64,000 bases of DNA from Cyanobacteria bacterium P01_D01_bin.156 (GTDB lineage Bacteria; Cyanobacteriota; Cyanobacteriia; Phormidesmidales; Phormidesmidaceae): contig JBCCQQ010000007.1 of assembly GCA_039024555.1 (NCBI GenBank), forward strand, positions 32,001 to 96,000. The letters run 5' to 3'. A program made the position numbers and the translations under genes. The first letter of the stretch is position 1. Each line of letters opens with the position of its first letter. Under the pieces are notes generated by a model, which saw only the letters and a program-made list of their open reading frames with translations, was not told the DNA's origin and ran no database searches. Shown piece by piece: positions 29,498 through 39,203 of this stretch.

Positions 29498-30850
29498 ATG
29501 AATAATCATCCTGGTGCTAGTAGGACACTAGCGATCTCAACTGAAAAATCGATTGCACCTAAACCACAGAAAAAAGCGAACCGTCATTGGCCTTGGTTTG
29601 TAGGCATACTGAGTCTAATTTTGTTCCTGGGACTAGGGGTCGCTCGTCGCTCATCTGCGCCTCGTAACTCTGAGTCTCTGGAAGCATTGACGGTCCCAGT
29701 AACCCGTGAACCTTTGGCTATTCGGGTTGAGGGCAGCGGCACTGTAATCTCGAAAGATACTGTTAACCTTAGCCCAAAAACAACCGGCCGTTTGGCCGAG
29801 CTCAATGTCCAGCAAGGCGATCGAGTTGAGACAGGTCAGGTGGTTGCACGTATGGAAGTGGGCAGCTTGGCGGCTGAGCTACAGCAGCGAGAAGCAAATC
29901 TGGACCAAGCTGAGGCCGATTATGCCAGAATTTTAGCAGGCAATCGCGAAGAGGATATTCTCCAGGCTGAAGCGCGTTTGGTGGCGGCCCAATCCCAAGC
30001 AGATTTGACAACAGCGCGCCTTGTAAGGTTTGAAGATTTAGCCCAACAGGGAGCAATTTCTCAGGATGAGCTAGATCAGTATGTGAATGAAGCCCAAAAT
30101 GCAGCAGCAAATTTTGATGAAGTGCAGCAACAGTTACAAGCAACCACCAATGGCTCGCGCCCTGAAGAGATTGCAGCGGCAGCAGCCAATGTAGCAGCGG
30201 CACAGGCACAGATCAAAGTCATTGAAACCGAACTATCGGAGGCCAACATCCGCGCTCCTTTTGATGGGTATGTTACCCAAACCTATGCCACCATTGGGGC
30301 AATTGTGACGCCTACGACAACTGCTTCGGCGACAGCTTCCGCTACATCTAGTTCTATTTTGGCACTGTCTTCGGGGCTGGAAGTTGAAGTAGATATTTTA
30401 GAAGCTAACATTGGCCAGATTGAGGTGGGTCAAATGGTTGAGATTGTGGCAGAAGCATTTCCTAACCAGGTCTACACAGGTCGGGTGCAGCGAATTGCCC
30501 CAGAAGCCATCATTGAGAATAACGTCACCACATTTCAGGTTGTGGTCGAACTATTGACCGGAGCTGACCAACTAAAGTCAGGGATGACAGTGGATGCTAT
30601 TTTCCTGGGTGAGACGTTAGCCAATGCTTTGATGGTGCCGACTGTTGCGATCGCAACCCAAGATGGAGAGCTGGGTGTACAGAGGCCCGATAGCGAGGGA
30701 AATGTCACCTTTCAACCCGTAACTGTCGGCGTCACCCAGGCTGGGAACACCCAAATTGTTCAAGGATTGGAAATAGGCGATCAAATCTTTCTAGAACTTC
30801 CTCCAGAAACGAGACGTCGCCGTGGCGGATCTAGATCATTTCCGCCTTAG
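29498..30850 (+). CDS. Efflux periplasmic adaptor subunit (MacA/HlyD family)
   Basis: N-terminal TM helix, LSPKTTGRL..L.V.QGDRV, coiled-coil hairpin, IRAPFDG and LKSGMTV. Confidence 0.92.
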   Translation: MNNHPGASRTLAISTEKSIAPKPQKKANRHWPWFVGILSLILFLGLGVARRSSAPRNSESLEALTVPVTREPLAIRVEGSGTVISKDTVNLSPKTTGRLAELNVQQGDRVETGQVVARMEVGSLAAELQQREANLDQAEADYARILAGNREEDILQAEARLVAAQSQADLTTARLVRFEDLAQQGAISQDELDQYVNEAQNAAANFDEVQQQLQATTNGSRPEEIAAAAANVAAAQAQIKVIETELSEANIRAPFDGYVTQTYATIGAIVTPTTTASATASATSSSILALSSGLEVEVDILEANIGQIEVGQMVEIVAEAFPNQVYTGRVQRIAPEAIIENNVTTFQVVVELLTGADQLKSGMTVDAIFLGETLANALMVPTVAIATQDGELGVQRPDSEGNVTFQPVTVGVTQAGNTQIVQGLEIGDQIFLELPPETRRRRGGSRSFPP

Positions 30851-30937
30851 AAAATCAAGTTTGCACAAATCACACTTTTTTGAAGCTACGCTAAGAAAGA
30901 TTTATCAATACTACAAAACACCTAGCACACTTGACCC

Positions 30938-32167
30938 ATGGGATTCAATGTTTTTGAAAATGCCAAAATGGCCGTCAAAACCCTAGCGGCCAACAAAATG
31001 CAAAGTGGCCTCACTATGCTAGGAATTATCATTGGCAATGCATCTGTCATTGCTATGGTAGCTGCTGGAGAAGCCGCCCAAGAATTTGTCACTGCACAAT
31101 TTGAATCCCTAGGAACTAATCTACTATTTATTACCCCTGGTGACGCTCAACGAGGGCCATTATCTGGCGTGGCCCAGGCCGATACCCTCACATTAGCGGA
31201 TGCTACAGCCATAAGCCAAGAAGTATCAACAGTCCGTGCTGTTGCACCTCAAAAGAGTACACGGTTACGTATTGTCCAGGGGGCTGCAGAGACCCAATCT
31301 AGTATTACAGGAACAACTCCAGACTATTCAGTTGTTCGAGATATCCAGATGGCTCAAGGCCAGTTCTTAACTTCGATTGATCTCCACACCAACGCTCGAG
31401 TGGCTGTTCTGGGTAGTGAAACCGCTCGCACATTGTTTGGCAGTCAAGAGCCGGTCGGACGTAAAATCCGCATTAATAACCTCAGCTTTACAGTAAACGG
31501 TGTTGTGAAAGAACGTGGTTCTTCATCTGGCCAAAATGAAGATGAGGCCGTTTATATTCCAATTAATGTGATGGTGAGTCAGCTAACAGGTCAAGAAACC
31601 GGCAAAATCAGCCCAACGGTCCAGGTGATTTCAGTGTCTTTAAAAAGCCCGGATATGACCAATGCAGCCATTTATCAAATTAGAAATTTATTACGTCTAC
31701 GCCACAACATTTTGCAAGGGGACGACGACTTTTCCTTACAAAGTCAGCAGGAATTATTGGAGCGATCTAGCAGCATCACCGACATTCTAGTTCTTGTCCT
31801 AGGCTTTACTGCCGGTATCTCACTGTTGGTGGGGGGCATTGGCATTATGAACATCATGTTGGTATCGGTGACAGAACGTACGGGAGAAATCGGTCTCCGC
31901 AAAGCCATCGGGGCTACTGGGGCAGATATTTTATCCCAGTTCACCATTGAAGCCGTCATCCTAGCAGCAACGGGCGGCATGATTGGCATTGGTGTAGGTC
32001 TAGTTGGTGTTGTCTGTCTGGCCTTATTTAGTCCTTTAGAAGCTGTGTTTAGCCTAAGTGCTGTTTTGGTTTCGTTTACCGTATCAGGCAGTATTGGCCT
32101 GATTTTTGGTATTGCCCCTGCGCAGAGAGCGGCGAATCTTGATCCGATTGTGGCTCTGCGGAGTTGA
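30938..32167 (+). CDS. ABC transporter permease (MacB/FtsX family)
   Basis: LTMLGIIIG, GGIGIMNIMLVSVTERT.EIGLRKAIGA and PA.RAANLDPI.AL. Confidence 0.93.
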   Translation: MGFNVFENAKMAVKTLAANKMQSGLTMLGIIIGNASVIAMVAAGEAAQEFVTAQFESLGTNLLFITPGDAQRGPLSGVAQADTLTLADATAISQEVSTVRAVAPQKSTRLRIVQGAAETQSSITGTTPDYSVVRDIQMAQGQFLTSIDLHTNARVAVLGSETARTLFGSQEPVGRKIRINNLSFTVNGVVKERGSSSGQNEDEAVYIPINVMVSQLTGQETGKISPTVQVISVSLKSPDMTNAAIYQIRNLLRLRHNILQGDDDFSLQSQQELLERSSSITDILVLVLGFTAGISLLVGGIGIMNIMLVSVTERTGEIGLRKAIGATGADILSQFTIEAVILAATGGMIGIGVGLVGVVCLALFSPLEAVFSLSAVLVSFTVSGSIGLIFGIAPAQRAANLDPIVALRS

Positions 32168-32319
32168 TGCAATTTAATGGTCTGTCAAAGCTAATTATCT
32201 TAATTAAGACGGGGTAAAGGGAGCAGGGGTGGGTGGCAAGGGCATAGACCCTAATTTCTCCAAGTCATTAGGAATTGATACAGCTTCCTTTTACCATTCC
32301 CCTCTTACTCTGGCATACT

Positions 32320-33003
32320 ATGAGTCACCTTATTCAACTGCAAAATATCTCTAAAACCTATGGGATGGGAGACCTCCAGGTGTATGCCTTAAGGGCTGTT
32401 GACCTCACCATTGAGGCAGGAGACTATTGCGCCATTATGGGGCCTTCCGGCTCGGGCAAGTCAACCATGATGAATATGATTGGCTGTCTTGATCGTCCCA
32501 CCCAAGGAGACTATTGGTTAGATGGGGAGGAGATTGCCCACTTAGAGGCAAAGCAATTAGCTAGCATTCGCAATCGTAAAATTGGCTTTATTTTTCAACA
32601 GTTCCATTTACTACACCAGCTCACTGCAGTAGATAATGTTGTGTTACCTATGATTTATGCTGGGGTACCTGCTGGTGAACGAGAGTCTCGGGCTATTGCA
32701 GCGCTGCAGCGGGTAGGTCTGGGGGATAGGCTGGCTAATCGGCCTAATCAGCTGTCCGGTGGTCAGCAGCAGCGGGTAGCGATCGCACGGGCCATTGTCA
32801 ATCAGCCTAAGTTACTCCTGGCCGATGAACCAACGGGTGCCTTAGATACTCAAATGAGCCAGGAAATTATGGATATCTTTGCGGAGCTAAATCATCAGGG
32901 GATGACCCTGGTGATGGTTACCCACGATCCGGAAGTGGCTCAACGCTGTCGACGGACCATCACTTTTCGAGATGGCAGTATTCGGCAATGCGCACAATAT
33001 TAG
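32320..33003 (+). CDS. ABC transporter ATP-binding protein (MacB/LolD type)
   Basis: GPSGSGKST, LSGGQQQRVAIARA, LLADEPTGALD and VTHD. ATG 32320 chosen as the start. Confidence 0.95.
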   Translation: MSHLIQLQNISKTYGMGDLQVYALRAVDLTIEAGDYCAIMGPSGSGKSTMMNMIGCLDRPTQGDYWLDGEEIAHLEAKQLASIRNRKIGFIFQQFHLLHQLTAVDNVVLPMIYAGVPAGERESRAIAALQRVGLGDRLANRPNQLSGGQQQRVAIARAIVNQPKLLLADEPTGALDTQMSQEIMDIFAELNHQGMTLVMVTHDPEVAQRCRRTITFRDGSIRQCAQY

Positions 33004-33077
33004 TCAAAAATGGTTACAAGGCTCAAATGTCAGGTAATCTATCGCTAAATGAATATGGTTAGCAACCTCTAGAGAGC

Positions 33078-34529
33078 CTATGTAGTTTGCTTGATCGGTA
33101 AGCCAATTATAAATTCGGTCCCTTGCCCAGGTTGGGAATGAATACTGAGTGTTCCGCCATGCTTTTCAGTAACAATTTGCTGACTGATAGCCAAACCTAC
33201 TCCTGTGCCCTTCCCAACACCTTTGGTCGTAAAGTACTGGTCGAAAATCTTATGTTGCACATCCGCTGGAATACCTGGTCCATTATCAGTGATACTAATT
33301 TGAACCTGATCGTCATCCTCACTGAGGCGAGTAGTCACTGTAATCTGATTTGGCACAGCTTTAATCTCCTGTAAATTTCTTCCAAAATTAGATTCTTCTA
33401 GCGCGTCAATAGCATTGGAAAGCAAATTCATAAAGACTTGATTGAGCTGTCCAGCAAAGCAATCAACGCTGGATAGCTCCCCATACTGTTTATGAATCTG
33501 AATCTCAGGGCGCTGCTCATTAGCCTTGAGTCGATGTTTCAGGATGAGCAGTGTACTGTCTAGCCCCTCATGAATGTTGAAAGCGGTAGGAATAGCGGTG
33601 TCAGCTCTGGAGAAGGTGCGTAAACTGGTGCTGATGTCACAAATTCGCTTCGCTCCTTCTTTCATAGAAACCAGAAGTTTGGGCAAATCTTCCTGTAGGA
33701 ATTCAAGTTCAATGTCTTCAAGGATCTGCTCAATGTCTTCCCCTGGATTAGGGAAAGTTTGTTGATAGAGCTCAATCACTCGCAATATGTCTTTTACATA
33801 TGCCTGAGCATGTTTCAAGTTGCCCGAGAGACAGCTCACGGGATTATTGATTTCATGAGCTACACCAGCCACTAGATTACCGAGAGCAGACATTTTCTCA
33901 CGTTGAACCAAATGTAATTGAGATTGTTGCAGTTGAAATAGGGCCGCATTCAATTCGATTGTTTGGCACTGTAATTTTTGATTCAGTTCCTGTAGATCAA
34001 GCTCAGCTTGCCGCCGTCGCGTAATGTCCTGATATGTCCCTAGGATACCGATGACATTTCCTTCAACATCGTGAAGTGGTACTTTATTCGTTTCTAACCA
34101 GGTTTGTTCACCGCTACTGTGTAGTTGAGGTTCAATAATACCGATTTCAGCTCGGTTAGATTCCATCACGCGCCGATCGCACTTGAGGTAAAACTCAGTC
34201 TCCTCCTTTTTCCAAGGCATATCATAGTCATTTTTACCAACGATCTCATCTGGAGAGCTTAAACCAGCATCTTCTGAAAAGTTCTTATTACAACCCAGAA
34301 AAGTAGAATTCTGATCCTTCCAGAAAATTGCTTCTGGCAAGGTATCCATAACTAGCTGGAGTAGCTGTTGTGAATCTCGAAGTTTGTCTTCAACTTGCTG
34401 ACGCCGGGCCAGTTCTTGCTGGTGGGCTGCACGTAATGACTTTAGCTCATCGTGACAGCCAGCCAGCGTATTGGGTAGCCGCTCTTGGCTCTGGTGAGAT
34501 TGATGATTAAGCTCATTCAGTAACACCAC
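33078..34529 (-). CDS. Cytoplasmic PAS/PAC sensor histidine kinase (orphan)
   Basis: PAS (IFWKD...FLGCN), H-box AHEINNP, N-box LNQVFMNLLSNAIDA, DNGPG and FTTK..GKGTG.GL. Confidence 0.93.
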   Translation of the reverse strand: MVLLNELNHQSHQSQERLPNTLAGCHDELKSLRAAHQQELARRQQVEDKLRDSQQLLQLVMDTLPEAIFWKDQNSTFLGCNKNFSEDAGLSSPDEIVGKNDYDMPWKKEETEFYLKCDRRVMESNRAEIGIIEPQLHSSGEQTWLETNKVPLHDVEGNVIGILGTYQDITRRRQAELDLQELNQKLQCQTIELNAALFQLQQSQLHLVQREKMSALGNLVAGVAHEINNPVSCLSGNLKHAQAYVKDILRVIELYQQTFPNPGEDIEQILEDIELEFLQEDLPKLLVSMKEGAKRICDISTSLRTFSRADTAIPTAFNIHEGLDSTLLILKHRLKANEQRPEIQIHKQYGELSSVDCFAGQLNQVFMNLLSNAIDALEESNFGRNLQEIKAVPNQITVTTRLSEDDDQVQISITDNGPGIPADVQHKIFDQYFTTKGVGKGTGVGLAISQQIVTEKHGGTLSIHSQPGQGTEFIIGLPIKQTT

Positions 34530-35258
34530 GCTAGATTACTCCGAACAACTTTCGTTAACTAATTATTCCTAGTCCTAAAGTGCCCAAAAAGAGAGCGTAT
34601 TTACAAATGGAGAGAATAGAGAGTACTCTGCTCCTCCTACAGACTAAGAGAAAATTCTATGTAACCTATTCTCTGGGTTACGTATAGGAACATACTCTCA
34701 TAGATGCAGGAGTAATAAGCACAGTAAGACTGCTGAGCTTCTAATTAAATTTCTGTGAGGTTATTTTCAGATAAGATTGTAAAGGTTTAGTCTTTACAAT
34801 CTTATCTGGGATATATACTTACACATAAGTCAAAACAATGTTTTATTGTGATTTTGCATGTTGATGGTCGTGTAGTTGAAAATAGGATGGAGTCATAATT
34901 TATATAGTTTTGAGCTTTTGGTCCTCCAACCTAAAAAAGAGTCTCTGAGTAATTTTGAGTCTTTTCTTAAAGTCTTCCTTAGAAAACTTTGATTTAGCTG
35001 CTACGCAATAATCTGAGCTAGCAGAAAGAGGTCATCTCCCCCTTCAGCAACCGTAGGTGTGCTCTCATGCATCGCTTATGTCAGATTGTTGACAAACTTT
35101 AGAACACACCATGCCCATAAGTTCTCGAAATCAGTAATTGCTCTGGGTTAGAGAACCGCTGAATTCATCCCAATTAGAGCTCTGTCTGGCGCTTAGAATT
35201 TTATTTCTATCAATTTACTGAAAACTATTCTGGGGAATTAGATGCTGTTTAATTGAAA

Positions 35259-35672
35259 TTACTCTACTGCCAGTGAGACTTTTTTTCCACCGATACTTCG
35301 CAAATCTGCCAACAACGTTGCAACATCAGAATAGGGTAATGTTCGATCCGCTTTTAACATAACAAACCCATCAGGATTCTCTGCAAAATATCCTTGAATA
35401 ATGGGCGCTAATGCAGGAATTGTTACAGCCTCATCGTTATAAACTGTCTGACCATCTTCCCGTAGCCCAATCACTAAAGGTTCTATCTTTTCAACAACTT
35501 CTTCATCTACACCAGAAACAGCTTGCGGCAAGCTCACTCCAAAAATCTGTACACCACTCAGTTCCATGGAAATAATCACAAAAAAGGTGAGAACCGTCAT
35601 TAATACATCCATCATCGGTACCAGATTCACCTCAGGTACACCAGAATTCTGATAGCGAGACCGTAATCCCAT
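35259..35672 (-). CDS. exbD: Biopolymer transport protein ExbD/TolR
   Basis: EVNLVPMMDVLMTVLTFF with the conserved TM Asp, and LKADRTLPY. Confidence 0.9.
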   Translation of the reverse strand: MGLRSRYQNSGVPEVNLVPMMDVLMTVLTFFVIISMELSGVQIFGVSLPQAVSGVDEEVVEKIEPLVIGLREDGQTVYNDEAVTIPALAPIIQGYFAENPDGFVMLKADRTLPYSDVATLLADLRSIGGKKVSLAVE

Positions 35673-35680
35673 GGTTCTTA

Positions 35681-36109
35681 CTACTCCTCAGGATCTTCTA
35701 ATGCTAGGGAAACCTGGTCTCCCCCTACTGCCCGCATATCTCCGAGAAACTGCATAACATTTTCGTAGGGCAGTTCTTGATCGGGCACCAAATACACTGT
35801 CTTTGTAGGATTCTTTTCAATATAATCGCTAATTTCTAAGGCTAGCTGAGCACTATCCAGTGGCTGACCGTTAAGAAACGTTTTTTGGTCTTTATCCATC
35901 TCTACAATAAATATTTCGTTGATGGAGGGTAGCTGATCTGGCGGTGTGTCTTCGGTTTGTTCTGGTGGCAGTTCTACCTCAATAAGCTGTTCACTACCTA
36001 AGGAGACGGCAATAACGACAAAAAACGCCAACACACCCATCATCACCGTGAGCATGGGTATCAGATCAATGTGGGGAATTTTGCTTTCTTTGTGTTTACC
36101 TAAAGGCAT
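35681..36109 (-). CDS. exbD: Second ExbD/TolR-family protein (TM Asp replaced by Thr)
   Basis: IDLIPMLTVMMGVLAFF, V.LP and PDQELPYE.VMQ.L. Located between exbB and exbD. Confidence 0.85.
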   Translation of the reverse strand: MPLGKHKESKIPHIDLIPMLTVMMGVLAFFVVIAVSLGSEQLIEVELPPEQTEDTPPDQLPSINEIFIVEMDKDQKTFLNGQPLDSAQLALEISDYIEKNPTKTVYLVPDQELPYENVMQFLGDMRAVGGDQVSLALEDPEE

Positions 36110-36120
36110 ATTTCAAACAA

Positions 36121-36816
36121 CTATTGATAGGTTGCAGGTACTGGTGCCTCGTCCGGTGTATGGCCGTTTTCAGCAGCAAGTAGGGCAGGCTCGTACCAGT
36201 TTTGTCGATAGATGAGCTCTAGCTCATTACCAGCTTCAGAGAAATAGTCGGTCTGCTGGCTTTGTAATGAGACCAACACCCGCAGAACTAGCAGAGCCAA
36301 GATCGCCACTACCATGCCCGCAGCGGTGGTAATCAGAGCTTCACCAATACCAGCGGCGGCTTGACTAGCGCCTTCCCCGCCGCCGCTACCACCAATGTCC
36401 AGACTATAGAAGGTGGCAATTAGCCCCGTTACCGTTCCAAGTAATCCAAGCAATGGGGAAATGGCAACGATAGTTTCGAGTAGTTTTTCACCCTGACGCA
36501 TTTTGACGAATTCTCTATCCGCTGCGGTTTCCATCGCTAAACGGAAGGTTTCGGGTGAGGCATTGCGCAGTCGCAGAGGTGCATATAAAAAGCGGCCCAT
36601 GGGAGTGTCGCTATGTTGGTTCGCGATCGCAGCTGCTTCATTCAAATCCCGAGGAGCTGCTTTTAGTACGTCGTTTACAATTTTGCCTTCACGTCGCAGC
36701 AGGTCAGACCAAAACCGTGTCCGTTCTAGGGCACAGGAAATTGTAAGTACCGACGCCCCAACAATCGGGACCATCACCGGGCCACCCCTAGCTAGAAAGT
36801 CAAATACAGTTGCCAT
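36121..36816 (-). CDS. exbB: MotA/TolQ/ExbB proton channel protein
   Basis: GGPVM.PI, ALER, SPLLGLLGTVTGLI and GIGEALITTAAG. Confidence 0.92.
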   Translation of the reverse strand: MATVFDFLARGGPVMVPIVGASVLTISCALERTRFWSDLLRREGKIVNDVLKAAPRDLNEAAAIANQHSDTPMGRFLYAPLRLRNASPETFRLAMETAADREFVKMRQGEKLLETIVAISPLLGLLGTVTGLIATFYSLDIGGSGGGEGASQAAAGIGEALITTAAGMVVAILALLVLRVLVSLQSQQTDYFSEAGNELELIYRQNWYEPALLAAENGHTPDEAPVPATYQ

Positions 36817-36911
36817 TACCTATCTCCTCGGTTGTGTACCTATCTCACTTTGTCGGTTAAACTACGCTTCGAACGTTTCAGCGGGCCATGATGTAGCGTT
36901 CTCATCGTCGT

Positions 36912-37598
36912 CTATTGACGATCGTCCTCATCGTCTTCCTCTTCTTGTGACGCGGCTGGAGCAGTCTCGCTAACCGGTGTTTGCTGTGTTTCCGGAGTAG
37001 CCGCAGTCTGAGGTGAGGCAGTGGCTGCACCAGTAGGTGCACTGCCAGCACCAGGTGCAGTACCACCCGCTACTGGTGCACTATCCACTACAACCTCCTG
37101 CCATTCCAAATTACTGTCGCCGCCCACTTTAACCAAAATTGACACCACGCGACCGGCTGCGACGGTACCAGCACCGATCACATCACATTCAAAGGTATCT
37201 CCCCGCTGATTAATGCGATAGGTATCACCACAGTCAATAGTCAGGCGCTTACCAACAGCATCTTTGAGCTCGTCTTGAATGCTTTCTTCCAGGGAGGCCA
37301 AGTTGATGATTACCTTCGAACTTGGAACATCCCAGACCACACTGCCTTGATCGTCTTGCTGGATCACATTAATCGTGAATTGACCACCGTCAGGCAACTC
37401 TCCCACGCAGCGAAAGTAAGCCTCTGCTTGTTTGGCCACACTACCTGGGCAGATTACATCCTTCAGGGTGAGCCGTCGCCCCTGGCGCTCAATGTCATCC
37501 TGAATCCTGGACTCTATGCGAGATATGTTTAGGTTTTGGCCACAGCCACTAAGGAAAACCAACCCTAATAGTGCGCCCAACCGAACAATGGGAACCAT
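36912..37598 (-). CDS. Lipoprotein with two DUF4333-like repeats and low-complexity acidic tail
   Basis: Lipobox LSGC. Two V.CP/IDCG...F.C repeats, an Ala/Pro/Thr linker and an EEEDDEDD tail. Confidence 0.75.
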   Translation of the reverse strand: MVPIVRLGALLGLVFLSGCGQNLNISRIESRIQDDIERQGRRLTLKDVICPGSVAKQAEAYFRCVGELPDGGQFTINVIQQDDQGSVVWDVPSSKVIINLASLEESIQDELKDAVGKRLTIDCGDTYRINQRGDTFECDVIGAGTVAAGRVVSILVKVGGDSNLEWQEVVVDSAPVAGGTAPGAGSAPTGAATASPQTAATPETQQTPVSETAPAASQEEEDDEDDRQ

Positions 37599-37827
37599 TT
37601 TGTGCTGTCGAAAAATACGCCGCTGCTAGGGTAGAAAATTAAAGGACTGATAGAACTCACTAATACTCTAAACTGGACGCATCAAATCATACCGATGAGC
37701 AGCAACGCTAAGAAAAATCTCAAGACTCACTATAACGGGGGCTTTCAGACACCAGGTAAAGACTGGGTTAAAACACCCGTAGAAATTGTGGAAAACTCTG
37801 AGAAATCTCAAAATCGGATACCTGTAG

Positions 37828-38322
37828 CTACCCTTGTATCTGGCGAACCAGATGCTGTAGTTCTGGCAGAATAAGCGCATCCATCGCTAGTTTGACACCA
37901 TTACTAGAACCAGGCAGTAAGAATATCAGCGTAGATTGATATACCCCTGCAGTTGCTCTAGATGCGATCGCCCGAGAGCCAATTTCAGAATAGCTAAGCT
38001 GACGAAAAATTTCTCCAAAGCCAGGAATTTCTTTTGTTAGTAAGACAGAAACTGCATCATAGGTAGCATCTCGTGGAGCGATCCCAGTACCACCATTGCA
38101 AATAATGACATCAACCGTTGGCACCAACTGCTGCACTAAAACTTTGATTTTATCGGGCTCATCTTTGACCAGTCGGTAAGCCTCTAAACGATGCCCAGCT
38201 TCCCGTAATTTAACCTTGATTAGCTGACCACTCTTGTCAGTATCCACAGTACGGGTGTCGCTAACGGTAATCACACCGCATAACGCTGGCCGAAAATCTG
38301 GATCGGGGTGAGGGCTAGACAT
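37828..38322 (-). CDS. moaB: Molybdopterin adenylyltransferase MoaB/MogA
   Basis: ITVSDTR...D.SG, GGTGIAPRD.T, PGFGE.FR.LS, SRA.AG and LPGS. Confidence 0.92.
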   Translation of the reverse strand: MSSPHPDPDFRPALCGVITVSDTRTVDTDKSGQLIKVKLREAGHRLEAYRLVKDEPDKIKVLVQQLVPTVDVIICNGGTGIAPRDATYDAVSVLLTKEIPGFGEIFRQLSYSEIGSRAIASRATAGVYQSTLIFLLPGSSNGVKLAMDALILPELQHLVRQIQG

Positions 38323-38342
38323 AGAAATTTAGGTTGGAATTC

Positions 38343-38383
38343 GAAAGATGAATTCCGACTTCCGAATTCCGACTTCATCTTTC
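38343..38383. repeat. 10-bp inverted repeat enclosing three TTCCGA(C/A) heptamers
   Basis: GAAAGATGAA-TTCCGAC-TTCCGAA-TTCCGAC-TTCATCTTTC, between psb28 and moaB. Confidence 0.75.
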
Positions 38384-38384
38384 T

Positions 38385-38717
38385 CTAGCTCTTAGTAAAG
38401 CCCAAACCATTTTTCTCAGCGTAGCGGTTCATAAATCGCATAAACCGTTCCCACTCCTCAGGGCTTTTAATCAACAGTCGTGCTTCTAAGGCAGCAGGCG
38501 CACCGTTAATAAATTTGGCGTTGACTTCGCGGCTAACGATTTCGCCTTCTTCGTCTACTAAGTACAGACCAGTTACTTCAAAGCCTTCTTCCATAAGAGC
38601 TCTGGGCTCATCAAAGTAAAAAGTAGCAGTGCCGTCGCTACCATCCTTGGCACGGGTTAACCGCACATCTGGAATAATTTCCTCAGCTACACCCCGAGCA
38701 AATTGGATTTCTGCCAT
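38385..38717 (-). CDS. psb28: Photosystem II assembly factor Psb28
   Basis: MAEIQF..GV.E...[17 protein letters not shown] and [17 protein letters not shown]. Confidence 0.96.
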   Translation of the reverse strand: MAEIQFARGVAEEIIPDVRLTRAKDGSDGTATFYFDEPRALMEEGFEVTGLYLVDEEGEIVSREVNAKFINGAPAALEARLLIKSPEEWERFMRFMNRYAEKNGLGFTKS

Positions 38718-39012
38718 TGCACTATCCTCTAAATAATTAATGAGCCATCTGTAACAAAGCGTTACGGAATATCATCCCATCATATGAGTGTTGTTTAAAA
38801 CACTTGCTGGAAAAATTGCGGCCAAGAGAGGAAATTAGCCTTTAGCAGTGCCATCACTGAGACGTTGATAGTCACCCACATTGCCAGAAAAAGAGCAGCC
38901 ATGACTTCTACTGAACTTCATAAGCAATTTCCGTAACTTCCTCAATGTTTTAACGGAAGGGCATTGATGTAATAGAGCTACGTTACCAACGATATTTACC
39001 CAGTCGTCAGAT

Positions 39013-39159
39013 ATGAACGCTAATAACCAGACAGAAAAGACACCTAAATCACTTTGGAAACCGTTAACCGTTTCACAGGAAGAGACTGTTAAAGGGGGTA
39101 GCGGTACAGTAGGAAGGTATAGCAGATACAGAAATAGGAATCGTCACTCTCGTGGATAG
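39013..39159 (+). CDS. Putative 48-aa double-glycine-leader peptide precursor (below the ORF-track cutoff)
   Basis: MNANNQTEKTPKSLWKPLTVSQEETVKGG-SGTVGRYSRYRNRNRHSRG*, sitting alone in a 486-bp intergenic gap. Confidence 0.6.
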   Translation: MNANNQTEKTPKSLWKPLTVSQEETVKGGSGTVGRYSRYRNRNRHSRG

Positions 39160-39203
39160 AGAGAGATTAACTTTGAGTCCAAATGTGATGTGAGTTATGT
39201 GGT

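Noticed and set aside
34530..35258. 729-bp AT-rich intergenic region as a possible ncRNA, riboswitch or small-gene locus
   Set aside because: Only short uninformative ORFs and weak inverted repeats were seen, with no recognisable RNA family motif. A covariance-model search would be needed.
38751..38765. GTAACAAAGCGTTAC upstream of psb28 as an NtcA site
   Set aside because: The spacer between GTA and TAC is 9 nt, not the canonical 8.
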